This document shows, one piece after another, positions 9,909 to 18,695 of a DNA stretch of 64,000 nt. The stretch is from NCBI GenBank assembly GCA_022775905.1, contig JALFJX010000037.1:83-64082 (forward strand), read 5' to 3'. How positions within the stretch are numbered: position 1 is the first letter of the stretch; each line of letters begins with the position of its first letter. The stretch comes from Methanobrevibacter sp. GTDB lineage: Archaea; Methanobacteriota; Methanobacteria; Methanobacteriales; Methanobacteriaceae. The notes below the pieces were generated by a model. The model made no database searches and was not told where the DNA came from. It saw only the letters and a list, made by a program, of their open reading frames with translations. Both the position numbers and the translations under genes were made by a program.

Positions 9909-10706
9909 ATGGATTTGATGAACAATTCAAAACTTGAAGAACTGATAAAAAGATTTAATGCAGAACCGAACAGCCAGACACAGAATGAATTCCTAAGTGA
10001 ACTTGTACGCTCACAGTTGTTTTTAACTGTTGTTATGAGTGAAGAAATGTTTGATGAAATCAAGAAATTTGAAGCAGGTGAAGTTCAAACATTTGATGAG
10101 GAAGTGGGATTCAGCATCAACTACCTGACAGGTGAAGGCGGCAAAAAGGCAGTGCCACTTTTTACAGACGCCAAACTCATGGATGAAACAGATATTGAAA
10201 GCTCTGCTATTGTTCTTCAAATGAGTCATCTTGCAGGCATGCTAAAACAGTCAAATGGAAAATATTCAGATATCCTGATAAATCCATTCACCGGTTTGGA
10301 AATAGGAATGCCCGTTGATGTGTTCATAAGCCTGTTTGAAGTGAATCACAATGAAGACTTGACAAATATGATTCTGGATCTTTTACATGAAAGCTCAGTT
10401 GAACTTGAAAAGGAAACAGTATTCTTCTCAAGAAGCGACAGCGATCACATGAAACAGAGTGCAGTTGATGGGGTTTTCACACCAAAATTGCCGTTTAATG
10501 TAAGTTCAAGGGATAGTGAAGAGGATTTGAAGTATTTGAATATTCTGATGATGCCTGAATCTTCAAAGATATTGGACATTGGTGATGAACTGTCAAAGTA
10601 TTTCCTGGACATTTTCATTGCACCTGGAAGTGAATTCGAGTTTGTTGAGGATATTGATGAGTTTACTTCAGTTTGGAAATGTGTCAGGCAGCCGTTTTAC
10701 GATTGA
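9909..10706 (+). CDS. SseB-like family protein (unknown function)
   Basis: 265 aa. It has a hydrophobic strand QLFLTVVM and the segments GGKKAVPLFTDAKLMDE and ILINPF. It shares the (V/T)PLFTD and (I/L)NP pattern with the ORF at 26607. The SseB assignment is from memory of the family pattern. Confidence 0.5.
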   Translation: MDLMNNSKLEELIKRFNAEPNSQTQNEFLSELVRSQLFLTVVMSEEMFDEIKKFEAGEVQTFDEEVGFSINYLTGEGGKKAVPLFTDAKLMDETDIESSAIVLQMSHLAGMLKQSNGKYSDILINPFTGLEIGMPVDVFISLFEVNHNEDLTNMILDLLHESSVELEKETVFFSRSDSDHMKQSAVDGVFTPKLPFNVSSRDSEEDLKYLNILMMPESSKILDIGDELSKYFLDIFIAPGSEFEFVEDIDEFTSVWKCVRQPFYD

Positions 10707-10757
10707 TTCGAAATTATTTTAAGTTATATTTTATATAATATTTTTTGAGGATTTACT

Positions 10758-11689
10758 ATGCAATTAGGTAATTTACAAAGAGTAAGGGATTTGCGTTCTG
10801 TTTGGAAAAATGAAGCTTATGATTTTACAAAATGGCTTGCAAAAGAAGAAAATTTAGCTATTTTAAGTAATGAAATTGGTATTGAAATGGAACTTATTGA
10901 TACTGAGGTATCTACAGGTTCTTTTAGTGTTGATATTCTTGCTGTAGAATCAGGCAGTGATAATAAGATTGTAATTGAAAATCAGCTTGAAAAAACAGAT
11001 CATGATCATTTGGGAAAAATTATTACTTATGCATCAGGGCATGATGCTAAAACAATTATCTGGTAGTTAAAGATGTTAGAGAAGAGCATCGTCAAGCTGT
11101 TGATTGGTTAAATGAACATACAGACAGTGAAATTAACATATTTTTATGTAGAATAGAATTATGGAAAATTGATGACTCAAAATTAGCTCCAAAATTTCAG
11201 ATTGTTTCAAGTCCTAATAATTGGTCTAAAATAATTAGAATAACTGGTAATGATAAGTATTCAGCTACTCAAATGTTACAGTATAATTATTGGGAACAGT
11301 TAACCTATGAAATTGATGAAAATTTCCCTGAATTAATTTCTCATAGTCCATATCCTCAAAATTATTACAATTTATCTTTAGAAAAACATTTAGCTCATGT
11401 TTCTTTAGTTATCAATACAGTTAAAAAAAGATTAACAACACAACTTTGGATTGATGATGATAAAGAGTTATTTGATTTTTTATATGAATATAAAAATGAT
11501 ATTGAAGATGAAATTGGTTTTGAGTTAACCTGGGAAAGATTGGATAACAAAAAAGCTTCACGTATTGATATCTATAAAAATTTTGATGTTAAAAAGAATA
11601 AGAATTGGGATGAAGCTATTAAATGGCATTTGGAGATGGCTTGCAAATTCCAGAATGCATTCAATGACAAATTGAAACAATATGAATAA
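10758..11689 (+). pseudogene. DUF4268-type protein with N-terminal PD-(D/E)XK-like nuclease domain, disrupted by one frameshift
   Basis: ORF 10758..11066 ends ...GHDAKTIIW-TAG. Restoring one nt after TGG (about 11061) gives IVKDVREEHRQAVDWLNEHTDSEINIFLCRIELWKIDDSKLAPKFQIVSSPNNW..., which runs straight into ORF 11273..11689. The joined protein matches the very common LEKTDHDHLGK(L/I)ITYA...IIWIVKDV...H family as I remember it. Confidence 0.75.
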
Positions 11690-11761
11690 ATTAACAGTTG
11701 AGTTATTAATAAATTAAAAATAATTTATATATCTTTTTTCATAAAGTATTACTAGAGAATT

Positions 11762-12505
11762 ATGAATACTAAAAAATTAATTATTATTGCATTGATAGCA
11801 GTCATTTTTGTTCTGGGAGGTTTAATTGCATATACAGTATTCACTCAAAATCAGGTTGAATACCAGACAATTGCAATAAGCAATGCAACAACAATGGAAG
11901 TGCCGGTTTCTGAAAATTCCACTTTTTTTAATGATTCACTTGGAATCAAGTATTATCAGGATGAAAAGAGTGGTGTTCAGGTAATCAGCTGGAACGGTCA
12001 GGAACAGGCATCAACTGATGGTGCTCAAAAGATAGGAACTCAGTTTGAAAAACAGAAGGTAAATACAACACAGACATTTGAGGACGGCGTTCCGGTATAT
12101 GAAAATAAGAAACTGGGATGCTTTATTATTGAAGTCAAGAATGCAACAACAAACGACAACATAATAATCGTTGCAAAAGACAAGGATGTTGCATTGCACA
12201 TGCTTAAAAGCATCAAGTTTGGAGTAAGTAACATTACAAATGCCGCTCAGGTGCAGCCATATACAGGATCTTCAGGAAGTGGAAGTCATTCAGGTGATGA
12301 CAACAATACAGTTGTTGTTTTCTATCCTTGGTATATTGATGATACTGATTATGACTCATATGACTATTCTTATGATTCAGGATACAGTGACAGCGGTAGT
12401 TATGATGATTCCAGTTATGATTATGATGATGAGTCTGATTATGATGATTATGATGATACTGACTACTCAGAAGATGATTATGAAAGTGAGGATGATTTTA
12501 ATTAA
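11762..12505 (+). CDS. N-terminally anchored extracellular protein with extreme Asp/Tyr/Ser C-terminal tail
   Basis: 247 aa with an N-terminal TM helix (LIIIALIAVIFVLGGLIAYTVF), N-x-S/T sequons, and a C-terminal ~70 aa composed almost only of D, Y, S and E. Confidence 0.7.
   Translation: MNTKKLIIIALIAVIFVLGGLIAYTVFTQNQVEYQTIAISNATTMEVPVSENSTFFNDSLGIKYYQDEKSGVQVISWNGQEQASTDGAQKIGTQFEKQKVNTTQTFEDGVPVYENKKLGCFIIEVKNATTNDNIIIVAKDKDVALHMLKSIKFGVSNITNAAQVQPYTGSSGSGSHSGDDNNTVVVFYPWYIDDTDYDSYDYSYDSGYSDSGSYDDSSYDYDDESDYDDYDDTDYSEDDYESEDDFN
12290..12502 (+). repeat. low-complexity GAT/TAT/AGT-rich coding repeat (D/Y/S tail)
   Basis: Encodes YDSYDYSYDSGYSDSGSYDDSSYDYDDESDYDDYDDTDYSEDDYESEDD. It also generates the spurious M/I-rich alternative-frame ORF 12240..12512. 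Confidence 0.8.
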
Positions 12506-12944
12506 CTTTTAATCCTCTTTTTTCTATTTTTTCTTTAATTGAATCATCTTTGGTTTTTAATTCCAATTTTACTTTGAATTTATTATCTGATTTTTTCAAT
12601 TCTAGTTTTTCAATATCTGATTTGAATTCAGTGAAAAACTCCATAAAATCATTGGCTTTAATAGATCCTTCAGCTTTGATGATTGTTTCTTTTACTGTTT
12701 CTTCTTTCTGGATTAGATATTCACTTAAAAAATTGTTGCAGGTAAAAATATCTGCAATATAATAGTTATTTGAAAGTATATCCTGGTTTAATAAATCGTT
12801 TTCAATAAGCAATTTGATTTTTAAATCCGCTTCCTTTTCACTTTCAAAATAACTGAAAAGATCTTCTTTTGTAAATTCAACACCAAAACCGAATTTGTCG
12901 ATTAGATTGTTTAAGTCATTTGCAAGGTCATTCATTTTAAACAC
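12498..12944 (-). CDS. hypothetical protein
   Basis: 148-aa acidic/lysine-rich ORF, convergent with and overlapping the previous gene by 8 nt. No motif recognised. Confidence 0.45.
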   Translation of the reverse strand: MFKMNDLANDLNNLIDKFGFGVEFTKEDLFSYFESEKEADLKIKLLIENDLLNQDILSNNYYIADIFTCNNFLSEYLIQKEETVKETIIKAEGSIKANDFMEFFTEFKSDIEKLELKKSDNKFKVKLELKTKDDSIKEKIEKRGLKVN

Positions 12945-13023
12945 TAGTTATTATTTTATAAAAAAAGCTATTTAAATTTTGATTTAAATAAAAAAAGTAA
13001 AAATAATCCAGTTTGGTAATGGA

Positions 13024-13461
13024 TTATATCTCCAAAGGTTCAAAATCATTCTCTTTGTTGAATTCTTTTAAGTCATCATATAACTCTTTGGCTTTGGACA
13101 TGTCATTGTCATCATTATGATCGATAACCCAATTGGTACCGATGATGCTTATAGTATAATTGTCACCGTCGATTTCAACAGCTTCCCTTACACCGGAATT
13201 ATTGTTTGTTTTATCAACAAAAAGATATATGTTGTCTTCTATTTCAGAGATTCCATAATCAGTTCCGTTTTCATATAATAAATTTGTATCGTTCCAACTG
13301 CTGATTACAACAGCAACATCACTGTCGGATGTGCTGACAAACCCGTCACCTGCAGCAGTGTAGCCGTCAGGTGCAGTGATACTCGGAACCGCACAGACAA
13401 CACCAATGCATGCAACTAAAATTATCAAACCTATAATTAATTTTTTTAACATATTAAACAC
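13024..13461 (-). CDS. secreted or N-terminally anchored small protein
   Basis: 145 aa with a signal/anchor helix LIIGLIILVACIGVVCAV, then a beta-rich acidic domain with N-x-S/T sequons. Confidence 0.6.
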   Translation of the reverse strand: MFNMLKKLIIGLIILVACIGVVCAVPSITAPDGYTAAGDGFVSTSDSDVAVVISSWNDTNLLYENGTDYGISEIEDNIYLFVDKTNNNSGVREAVEIDGDNYTISIIGTNWVIDHNDDNDMSKAKELYDDLKEFNKENDFEPLEI

Positions 13462-13570
13462 CTTATATAAGTTTAGGTTTATTTATTTGATTTTAAATAA
13501 TTTATTATCAGTAAATTGAATTTTACATTTTTAGAAATAAGTAAATATTGATAAAAAAATATCATAGATT

Positions 13571-13864
13571 ATGGATGAATTAAGGGATGAAATAATTAAA
13601 TTTCAAAAGGAAAGAGACTGGAAAAAGTTTCACACACCTGAAAACCTCGCAAAATCAATATCAATCGAAGCAGCAGAACTTCTCGAACACTTTCAATGGG
13701 GAAAAGAATATGATATTGATGAAGTTGCAGATGAACTTGCAGATGTGCTGAATTATTGCATTTTGATGGCAGATGCACTTGATTTGGATGTTAAAGAGAT
13801 TGTTTTAAATAAGATGGAAAAGAATGCTTTGAAATATCCTGTTATTAATAATTTAAAAGAATAA
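13571..13864 (+). CDS. MazG-like nucleotide pyrophosphohydrolase (small all-alpha NTP-PPase)
   Basis: 97 aa. It carries RDWKKFHTPENLAKSISIEAAELLEHFQW and ELADVLNYCILMA, the EEXXE/D-type metal-binding helices of the MazG/YpjD-like family. Confidence 0.85.
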   Translation: MDELRDEIIKFQKERDWKKFHTPENLAKSISIEAAELLEHFQWGKEYDIDEVADELADVLNYCILMADALDLDVKEIVLNKMEKNALKYPVINNLKE

Positions 13865-13879
13865 TAGTAAGGTGAAAAG

Positions 13880-14221
13880 ATGTCTGATATTAAAGAAATT
13901 CGTATTTTACCAATGTCAAATAGTGATGTTGTTAGTCCAACATATGATGATGCAATTGATTTTTCATTGAATAAACTAATAACTCAAAATAACTGTTGTT
14001 TTTATTTCAAAAGTAAATTTAATTTCATTGGCAAAACTTTGATTTTATTCCAATATGAAGGTAAACTAATTGGGAAAGGAATATTCATTGATATTTCAGA
14101 AGAAAGTAATGGTGAATATTCAGGTTATTATTTAGTAGATAAAGATTCAATTCAGGTTTTTAATAAAAATATTTATCTCAATGATTTAAATGAATATGTT
14201 CCTGTTAATAAACTTTATTAA
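13880..14221 (+). CDS. hypothetical protein
   Basis: 113-aa ORF starting 16 nt after the MazG-like gene (AGGTGAAAAG RBS). No motif recognised. Confidence 0.5.
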   Translation: MSDIKEIRILPMSNSDVVSPTYDDAIDFSLNKLITQNNCCFYFKSKFNFIGKTLILFQYEGKLIGKGIFIDISEESNGEYSGYYLVDKDSIQVFNKNIYLNDLNEYVPVNKLY

Positions 14222-14224
14222 AGT

Positions 14225-15253
14225 TAATATTGTATCTAAAATAATCATAATGTTCTTTTACATCATCGCACACCGATAATTCTTTAAATTTTAATTTATA
14301 AAATGTCCGCAGCAATTGGATTAGTGTAAAATGCAGCTAGAATTTTCCTAGTTTCATAAGGTAACAAATCATGAAACAGCCTTCCAATTAAATCGTTTCT
14401 ACTAATTCCGGTTTTACTAATTGAAAAACGGCTATAATTTCATTTAGAGAATTTAAAATATTATTATTTTCAGGTAATCTTGAAATAATGTCAATTTGAT
14501 AAATAGATTTATAATCTATATTAGTTATATTCTTAAATTGTAATTTTAAACTATTTAAGGTATCTAATTCTTTTAATTCTGGAATTCTACCGGATTTTTT
14601 ACTAAAAACGTGATAAAATAACATTTGATTAACTAGTAAATAACTTATTAAGTTTAAAACCATATCTTGAACTTCATCTTCCTTTTTTAATTCAGATAAA
14701 GCCATAAATAAGTCTAATTTTCCAGTTATCAAATCCATCAAATTAGCCAAATCATTTGCATTTAATCTCTTTAAAGTAGATTTAATCGAGTTTATAGATT
14801 CAGAAATAGCTTTAACCACTAATTAACATCGACCAAATCCGTTTTTCTATTGAACAATTAAATTATTTAATTCATCAAATAAGTCTTTAGGAGAAACATC
14901 TTTTGAATCATTTAAATAGTCCGTAGATGAAAAAGTATTAGTTATAGTAGTTAAAGCTTTATATTTAAATCTTCAACATTTTCTGTTCTAATTTCATTCG
15001 GATAATTAATTACTATAACATTATGAGTATCGTTATCTTTAGCATATTTTAAAGCTTGAGCTAATCCTTGTATTATCTTTTCTTGAGGATTACCAATTTT
15101 AACTTCAATAATATATTTTTTCCCGTCTTTCATTGCAATAATATCTAATTGTCCTTCTACATCTCGAATTTCGGAGGCGCTATTAAACCCCAATTCTTTT
15201 AAATATCCATCTAAAGGAGGATACAAACTCCTTTCAGTTATTCTAGCAGTCAT
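14225..15253 (-). pseudogene. remnant of a restriction-modification enzyme (N-terminal PD-(D/E)XK-like domain plus N-terminal part of an N6-DNA-methyltransferase-type protein)
   Basis: Fragment 1 (15253..14951) has a D..EVK nuclease-like core (QLDIIAMKDGKKYIIEVKIG). The 14950..14820 stretch still reads as protein but contains stops and a frame change. Fragment 2 is 14819..14388. A third frame at about 14385..14300 reads GRLFHDLLPYETRKILAAFYTNPIAADIL followed by a stop, a motif I associate with the region preceding the SAM-binding domain of gamma-type N6 methyltransferases. The catalytic domain is absent. Confidence 0.6.
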
Positions 15254-15403
15254 ATTAATCCAGAATAATTATTAATAATTTTAAATCAACTTAATATAAA
15301 TTATATACTTAATTAAATATATGAATTAAAAAATTAATAAACTTATAGAAAAAAATAATTAAAAAATAAAAAATAATTAATATAAAAATCTCAAAAAAAG
15401 CAG

Positions 15404-15772
15404 TTAATAAACTTCTTTAAGAACCATCTCACCTTTTTCAGTTACCCTAAACAATCTTCCATTTTCTGCATCATAACTGACAAATTCTATTACTCCTAGC
15501 TCTATTAAGTTTTTAATATTACTATAAAAGAAATTCCTGCTCATACAGTTTCTAAAATCCTTACAGAGAATATCTTCAATGTCCTCCATATTCCACTTCT
15601 CACGCCTAATCTGTTTATTCCATTTATAGATTTGAGAGCAAGTCTCTTTTGAGATTAGATCATTTTCTAGACAATATTTTATATCGTCGGATGACTCTAC
15701 TAGACAAAAATAATCCGTAAGAGAATAAAATCCATATTTTTGAACTCTATTCCTTTTAGGAATTGAAAGCAA
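15404..15772 (-). CDS. hypothetical protein with C-terminal winged-helix-like segment
   Basis: 122 aa with a TTG start. The C-terminus NLIELGVIEFVSYDAENGRLFRVTEKG resembles a wHTH wing. Upstream sequence reads as protein in another frame, so this may be part of a decayed gene. Confidence 0.4.
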   Translation of the reverse strand: MLSIPKRNRVQKYGFYSLTDYFCLVESSDDIKYCLENDLISKETCSQIYKWNKQIRREKWNMEDIEDILCKDFRNCMSRNFFYSNIKNLIELGVIEFVSYDAENGRLFRVTEKGEMVLKEVY

Positions 15773-16077
15773 ATATTTTTAGCTTCGTATCTGGAACTAG
15801 TCCACCTTAGCCCAGATTTATCATCTTTGTCTGTAAAATCAACGATATTTTCATGAACCTAATGCAATAGATGTTTATCATTTTTACGAATCATATATTC
15901 GAGCTCTTAAATTTGAAATTTTAATATTTAATTATTGTTTGATTAAACGGAGTATATAAAAAAATAGAGAGAGAATTTGGTAAGTAATAAATTAAAGAAA
16001 TTACAAAAATAAAAGATATTTTAATATGATATTATATTAAGTAATTAATCCTCTTCTTTAATTTTTGAAAATAATAA

Positions 16078-16929
16078 TTATAATTCTTTCATTAAATAAT
16101 TATTAACCTTCTTTAACCTATTTTTAAACCATTCATCATAATTTTCACTTTTATTTAATGTAGGATTTTCAAAATAAGAGTTTAAAAGTTCAAGTTCAGA
16201 TTCAAAGTCACCAATCTTCTCATAACAATAACATAATCTTTGATAGAATCGATTAAGTTTATATTTGCCTGAAATTATGTCTAAATAATGGGAGATGGCC
16301 ATTTCATAATTTTCATGTTTTTCATATATTCTCCCAATTTCCTCAAGACGATAAACTTCTTCATGAATCTCGAATGCATTTCTGCTTTGCACTTTTATGA
16401 CTTCATCTCTTTCTTTTATTCTATCTGCATGAATCTTAGGTGACTTGAATGATTTATCAAGTTCAAAATATTCAATCCATTTTTGGACTTCTTTATCTTC
16501 AACAGGGAATTTTTCAAGTGCAATTCTTAATTTATTCAAAAACCAGTAATATTGATATCCATCGAGATAGATATTACTTAAAAATAGTTCACGTATGACA
16601 TCTAAGGTTAATTCATAATTTTTTATTTTGGTTGAAATGATAACTAGTTGTCTGTGGGGGTACCAGTCATTTTCGAAATAGGAGTTTTTTGTTAGATATT
16701 TGAAATATAGTATTGCATCATCAAATCTTTTTTCTTTGCTTAAGATCATGCCTCTCTTTTTTAATATATATTTCCTTTTGATATTTTCAATATCTGTCAG
16801 ATTTTCATCATATTCGTAGAATATGAATGGTGAATCCAAGTCAATTTCAAGACTGATCATTGAAATTTCATAGTCAAATTCCTTTTTTACTCCTAAACTT
16901 TTTGCAATTGTTGGTCCTCTTGATGTCAT
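16078..16929 (-). CDS. TPR-like helical-repeat protein
   Basis: 283 aa with repeated about 34-aa helical hairpins (..DDAILYFKYLTKNSYFENDWYPHRQL.. and ..YEMAISHYLDIISGKYKLNRFYQRLCYCYEKIGDFESE..). Divergent from the DUF2779-like gene. Confidence 0.6.
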   Translation of the reverse strand: MTSRGPTIAKSLGVKKEFDYEISMISLEIDLDSPFIFYEYDENLTDIENIKRKYILKKRGMILSKEKRFDDAILYFKYLTKNSYFENDWYPHRQLVIISTKIKNYELTLDVIRELFLSNIYLDGYQYYWFLNKLRIALEKFPVEDKEVQKWIEYFELDKSFKSPKIHADRIKERDEVIKVQSRNAFEIHEEVYRLEEIGRIYEKHENYEMAISHYLDIISGKYKLNRFYQRLCYCYEKIGDFESELELLNSYFENPTLNKSENYDEWFKNRLKKVNNYLMKEL

Positions 16930-17026
16930 AAAATCATCTAATTATTATTTTATCACATCAATTATAAATAATTTAGATACAATATTATTATACGGAAACA
17001 TAATGATGATTTTATGGAGTCATATC

Positions 17027-18511
17027 ATGAATAAAACATTTTTATCTAAATCAAGATATTGTCAATGCGTACAGTGTGAAAAGATTCTCTGGTTAAATGA
17101 ATACTGCTCAAATGGTTCAGCAGTTGAGGATAATGAAGCTATTTTTGAAACCGGGCGAAAAGTGGGCGAACTTGCAAAAGGACTATTTGGTGATTATGAG
17201 GATGTCAAATATGATAAAAGAAGCAATATGATTAAAAAAACAGATGATTTGCTTCAAAACAAGCCAAATATCATAACTGAAGCATCATTTAGTTTTGATA
17301 ATAATTTCTGCAGTGTTGATATTCTAAAGAATGATGTTGATGGTGTGGAAATATATGAAGTTAAAAGCTCTACTAAAGTCAAGGATATTTACATTGATGA
17401 TGTCGCATACCAGTATTTCGTCTTGTCCAATGTAGGATTAAATGTAAAAAAAGCATGTATTGTCTATATAAACAATGAATATGTCAGAAACGGGGATTTG
17501 GATATGACCCAATTGTTTAAGATTGATGATCTGACTGCTGAGGTTCTAGAAAAACAGGATGAAATCAGAAACAATATTTACATGATCAATGAGCTGATGG
17601 AAACATATGATGAAAACAATGAACCTGTTAAGGAAATAGGAAGATTCTGTTTTGATCCATATTTATGTGATTTCTGGGACTATTGTACAAGGGATTTACC
17701 GAAACCTAACGTTTTTGACATTAGTGGAATGCAGACCAAATCTAAATTCAAACAGTATAATGAGGGTAATATTTCATTTGAAGATTTGGCAAATGAAAAA
17801 CTCAATAAAAAATACTTGGAGCAGATTGATTTTGAATTAAACGACAGGGAACCTAAAATTGTAAATGAAGCAGTAAAAGATGTACTGGACTCTCTTAATT
17901 ATCCATTGTATTTCATTGACTATGAAAGCTGCAATTTTGCAATTCCAGAATTTGATGGAACAAAACCCTATCAGCAAATCCCTTTCCAGTACTCCTTGCA
18001 TATCATCAATGAGAATGGTGAAGTTGAACATAGGGAATTTTTGGCAGAAGCCGATGATACAAACATCATTAGGCACTTTGCAGAAAGCATGATTGAAGAC
18101 ATGCCTGAAGACGGCAGTGTCATTGTCTATAACAAAGCGTTTGAAGCTACCCGTAATAAGGAAATTGGAAAAATGTATCCTGATTTAAATGATGAAATGG
18201 AAAGATTCAACAGTAATATGGTTGATTTGATGATTCCATTTAGAAATAGGGATTACTATACAAAAGAAATGAAAGGATCTTATTCAATCAAATATGTGCT
18301 GCCTGCATTGTATCCGAATGACCCTGATTTGGATTACACTCAATTATCCGGAGTACATAATGGTGGTGAAGCATCAAATGCATTCCTAAATCTGAAAAAT
18401 CAAACACTTGAAGAACAACAAAAGACTAGAAATGATTTGCTTAAATATTGTGAACTTGACACTTGGGCTATGGTAAAAATATGGGAAAAATTCAAAGAAG
18501 TGTTAATCTAA
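17027..18511 (+). CDS. DUF2779-like dual nuclease (RecB/Cas4-like PD-(D/E)XK domain with Cys cluster plus DEDD/RNase-H-like exonuclease domain)
   Basis: The N-terminal half has Cys clusters (CQCVQC and CFDPYLCDFWDYC) around a D..EIYEVKSS core. The C-terminal half has YFIDYES and YCELDTWAM exonuclease-like motifs. Start chosen at ATG 17027 (MNKTFLSKSRY), with GGAG 7 nt upstream. The track start is 17003. Confidence 0.75.
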   Translation: MNKTFLSKSRYCQCVQCEKILWLNEYCSNGSAVEDNEAIFETGRKVGELAKGLFGDYEDVKYDKRSNMIKKTDDLLQNKPNIITEASFSFDNNFCSVDILKNDVDGVEIYEVKSSTKVKDIYIDDVAYQYFVLSNVGLNVKKACIVYINNEYVRNGDLDMTQLFKIDDLTAEVLEKQDEIRNNIYMINELMETYDENNEPVKEIGRFCFDPYLCDFWDYCTRDLPKPNVFDISGMQTKSKFKQYNEGNISFEDLANEKLNKKYLEQIDFELNDREPKIVNEAVKDVLDSLNYPLYFIDYESCNFAIPEFDGTKPYQQIPFQYSLHIINENGEVEHREFLAEADDTNIIRHFAESMIEDMPEDGSVIVYNKAFEATRNKEIGKMYPDLNDEMERFNSNMVDLMIPFRNRDYYTKEMKGSYSIKYVLPALYPNDPDLDYTQLSGVHNGGEASNAFLNLKNQTLEEQQKTRNDLLKYCELDTWAMVKIWEKFKEVLI

Positions 18512-18695
18512 AAGGTAGTTTATTTGAATTTAATTATTTTATAATTCAATAGTGACATATTAGTTAAAATATTTAAACATTTGATTGTACCTCTTTTCTT
18601 GATAATAAAATTTCCAAAACATTTATAAACTACATTATACTAACACTTTATACACACTATTATTAAATTGTGTCTACTTTGATAATTTTAAAGGA

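Noticed and set aside
10729-10751. TATA-like TTTTATATAA and similar boxes upstream of several genes as promoter calls
   Set aside because: AT-rich intergenic DNA here is full of TATA-like strings. Without transcription start data the spacing to start codons is ambiguous, so I did not list individual promoters.
12240-12512. 90-aa M/I-rich ORF in an alternative frame of the D/Y/S tail
   Set aside because: It is an artefact of reading the GAT/TAT repeat in another frame. The D/Y/S frame is continuous with a well-formed upstream protein.
15773-15900. Possible upstream extension of the 15404..15772 ORF (..DFTDKDDKSGLRWTSSRYEAKNI.. in another frame)
   Set aside because: The stretch is short, no family is recognised, and the frame relationship is ambiguous. 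This is not enough to call a frameshifted gene.
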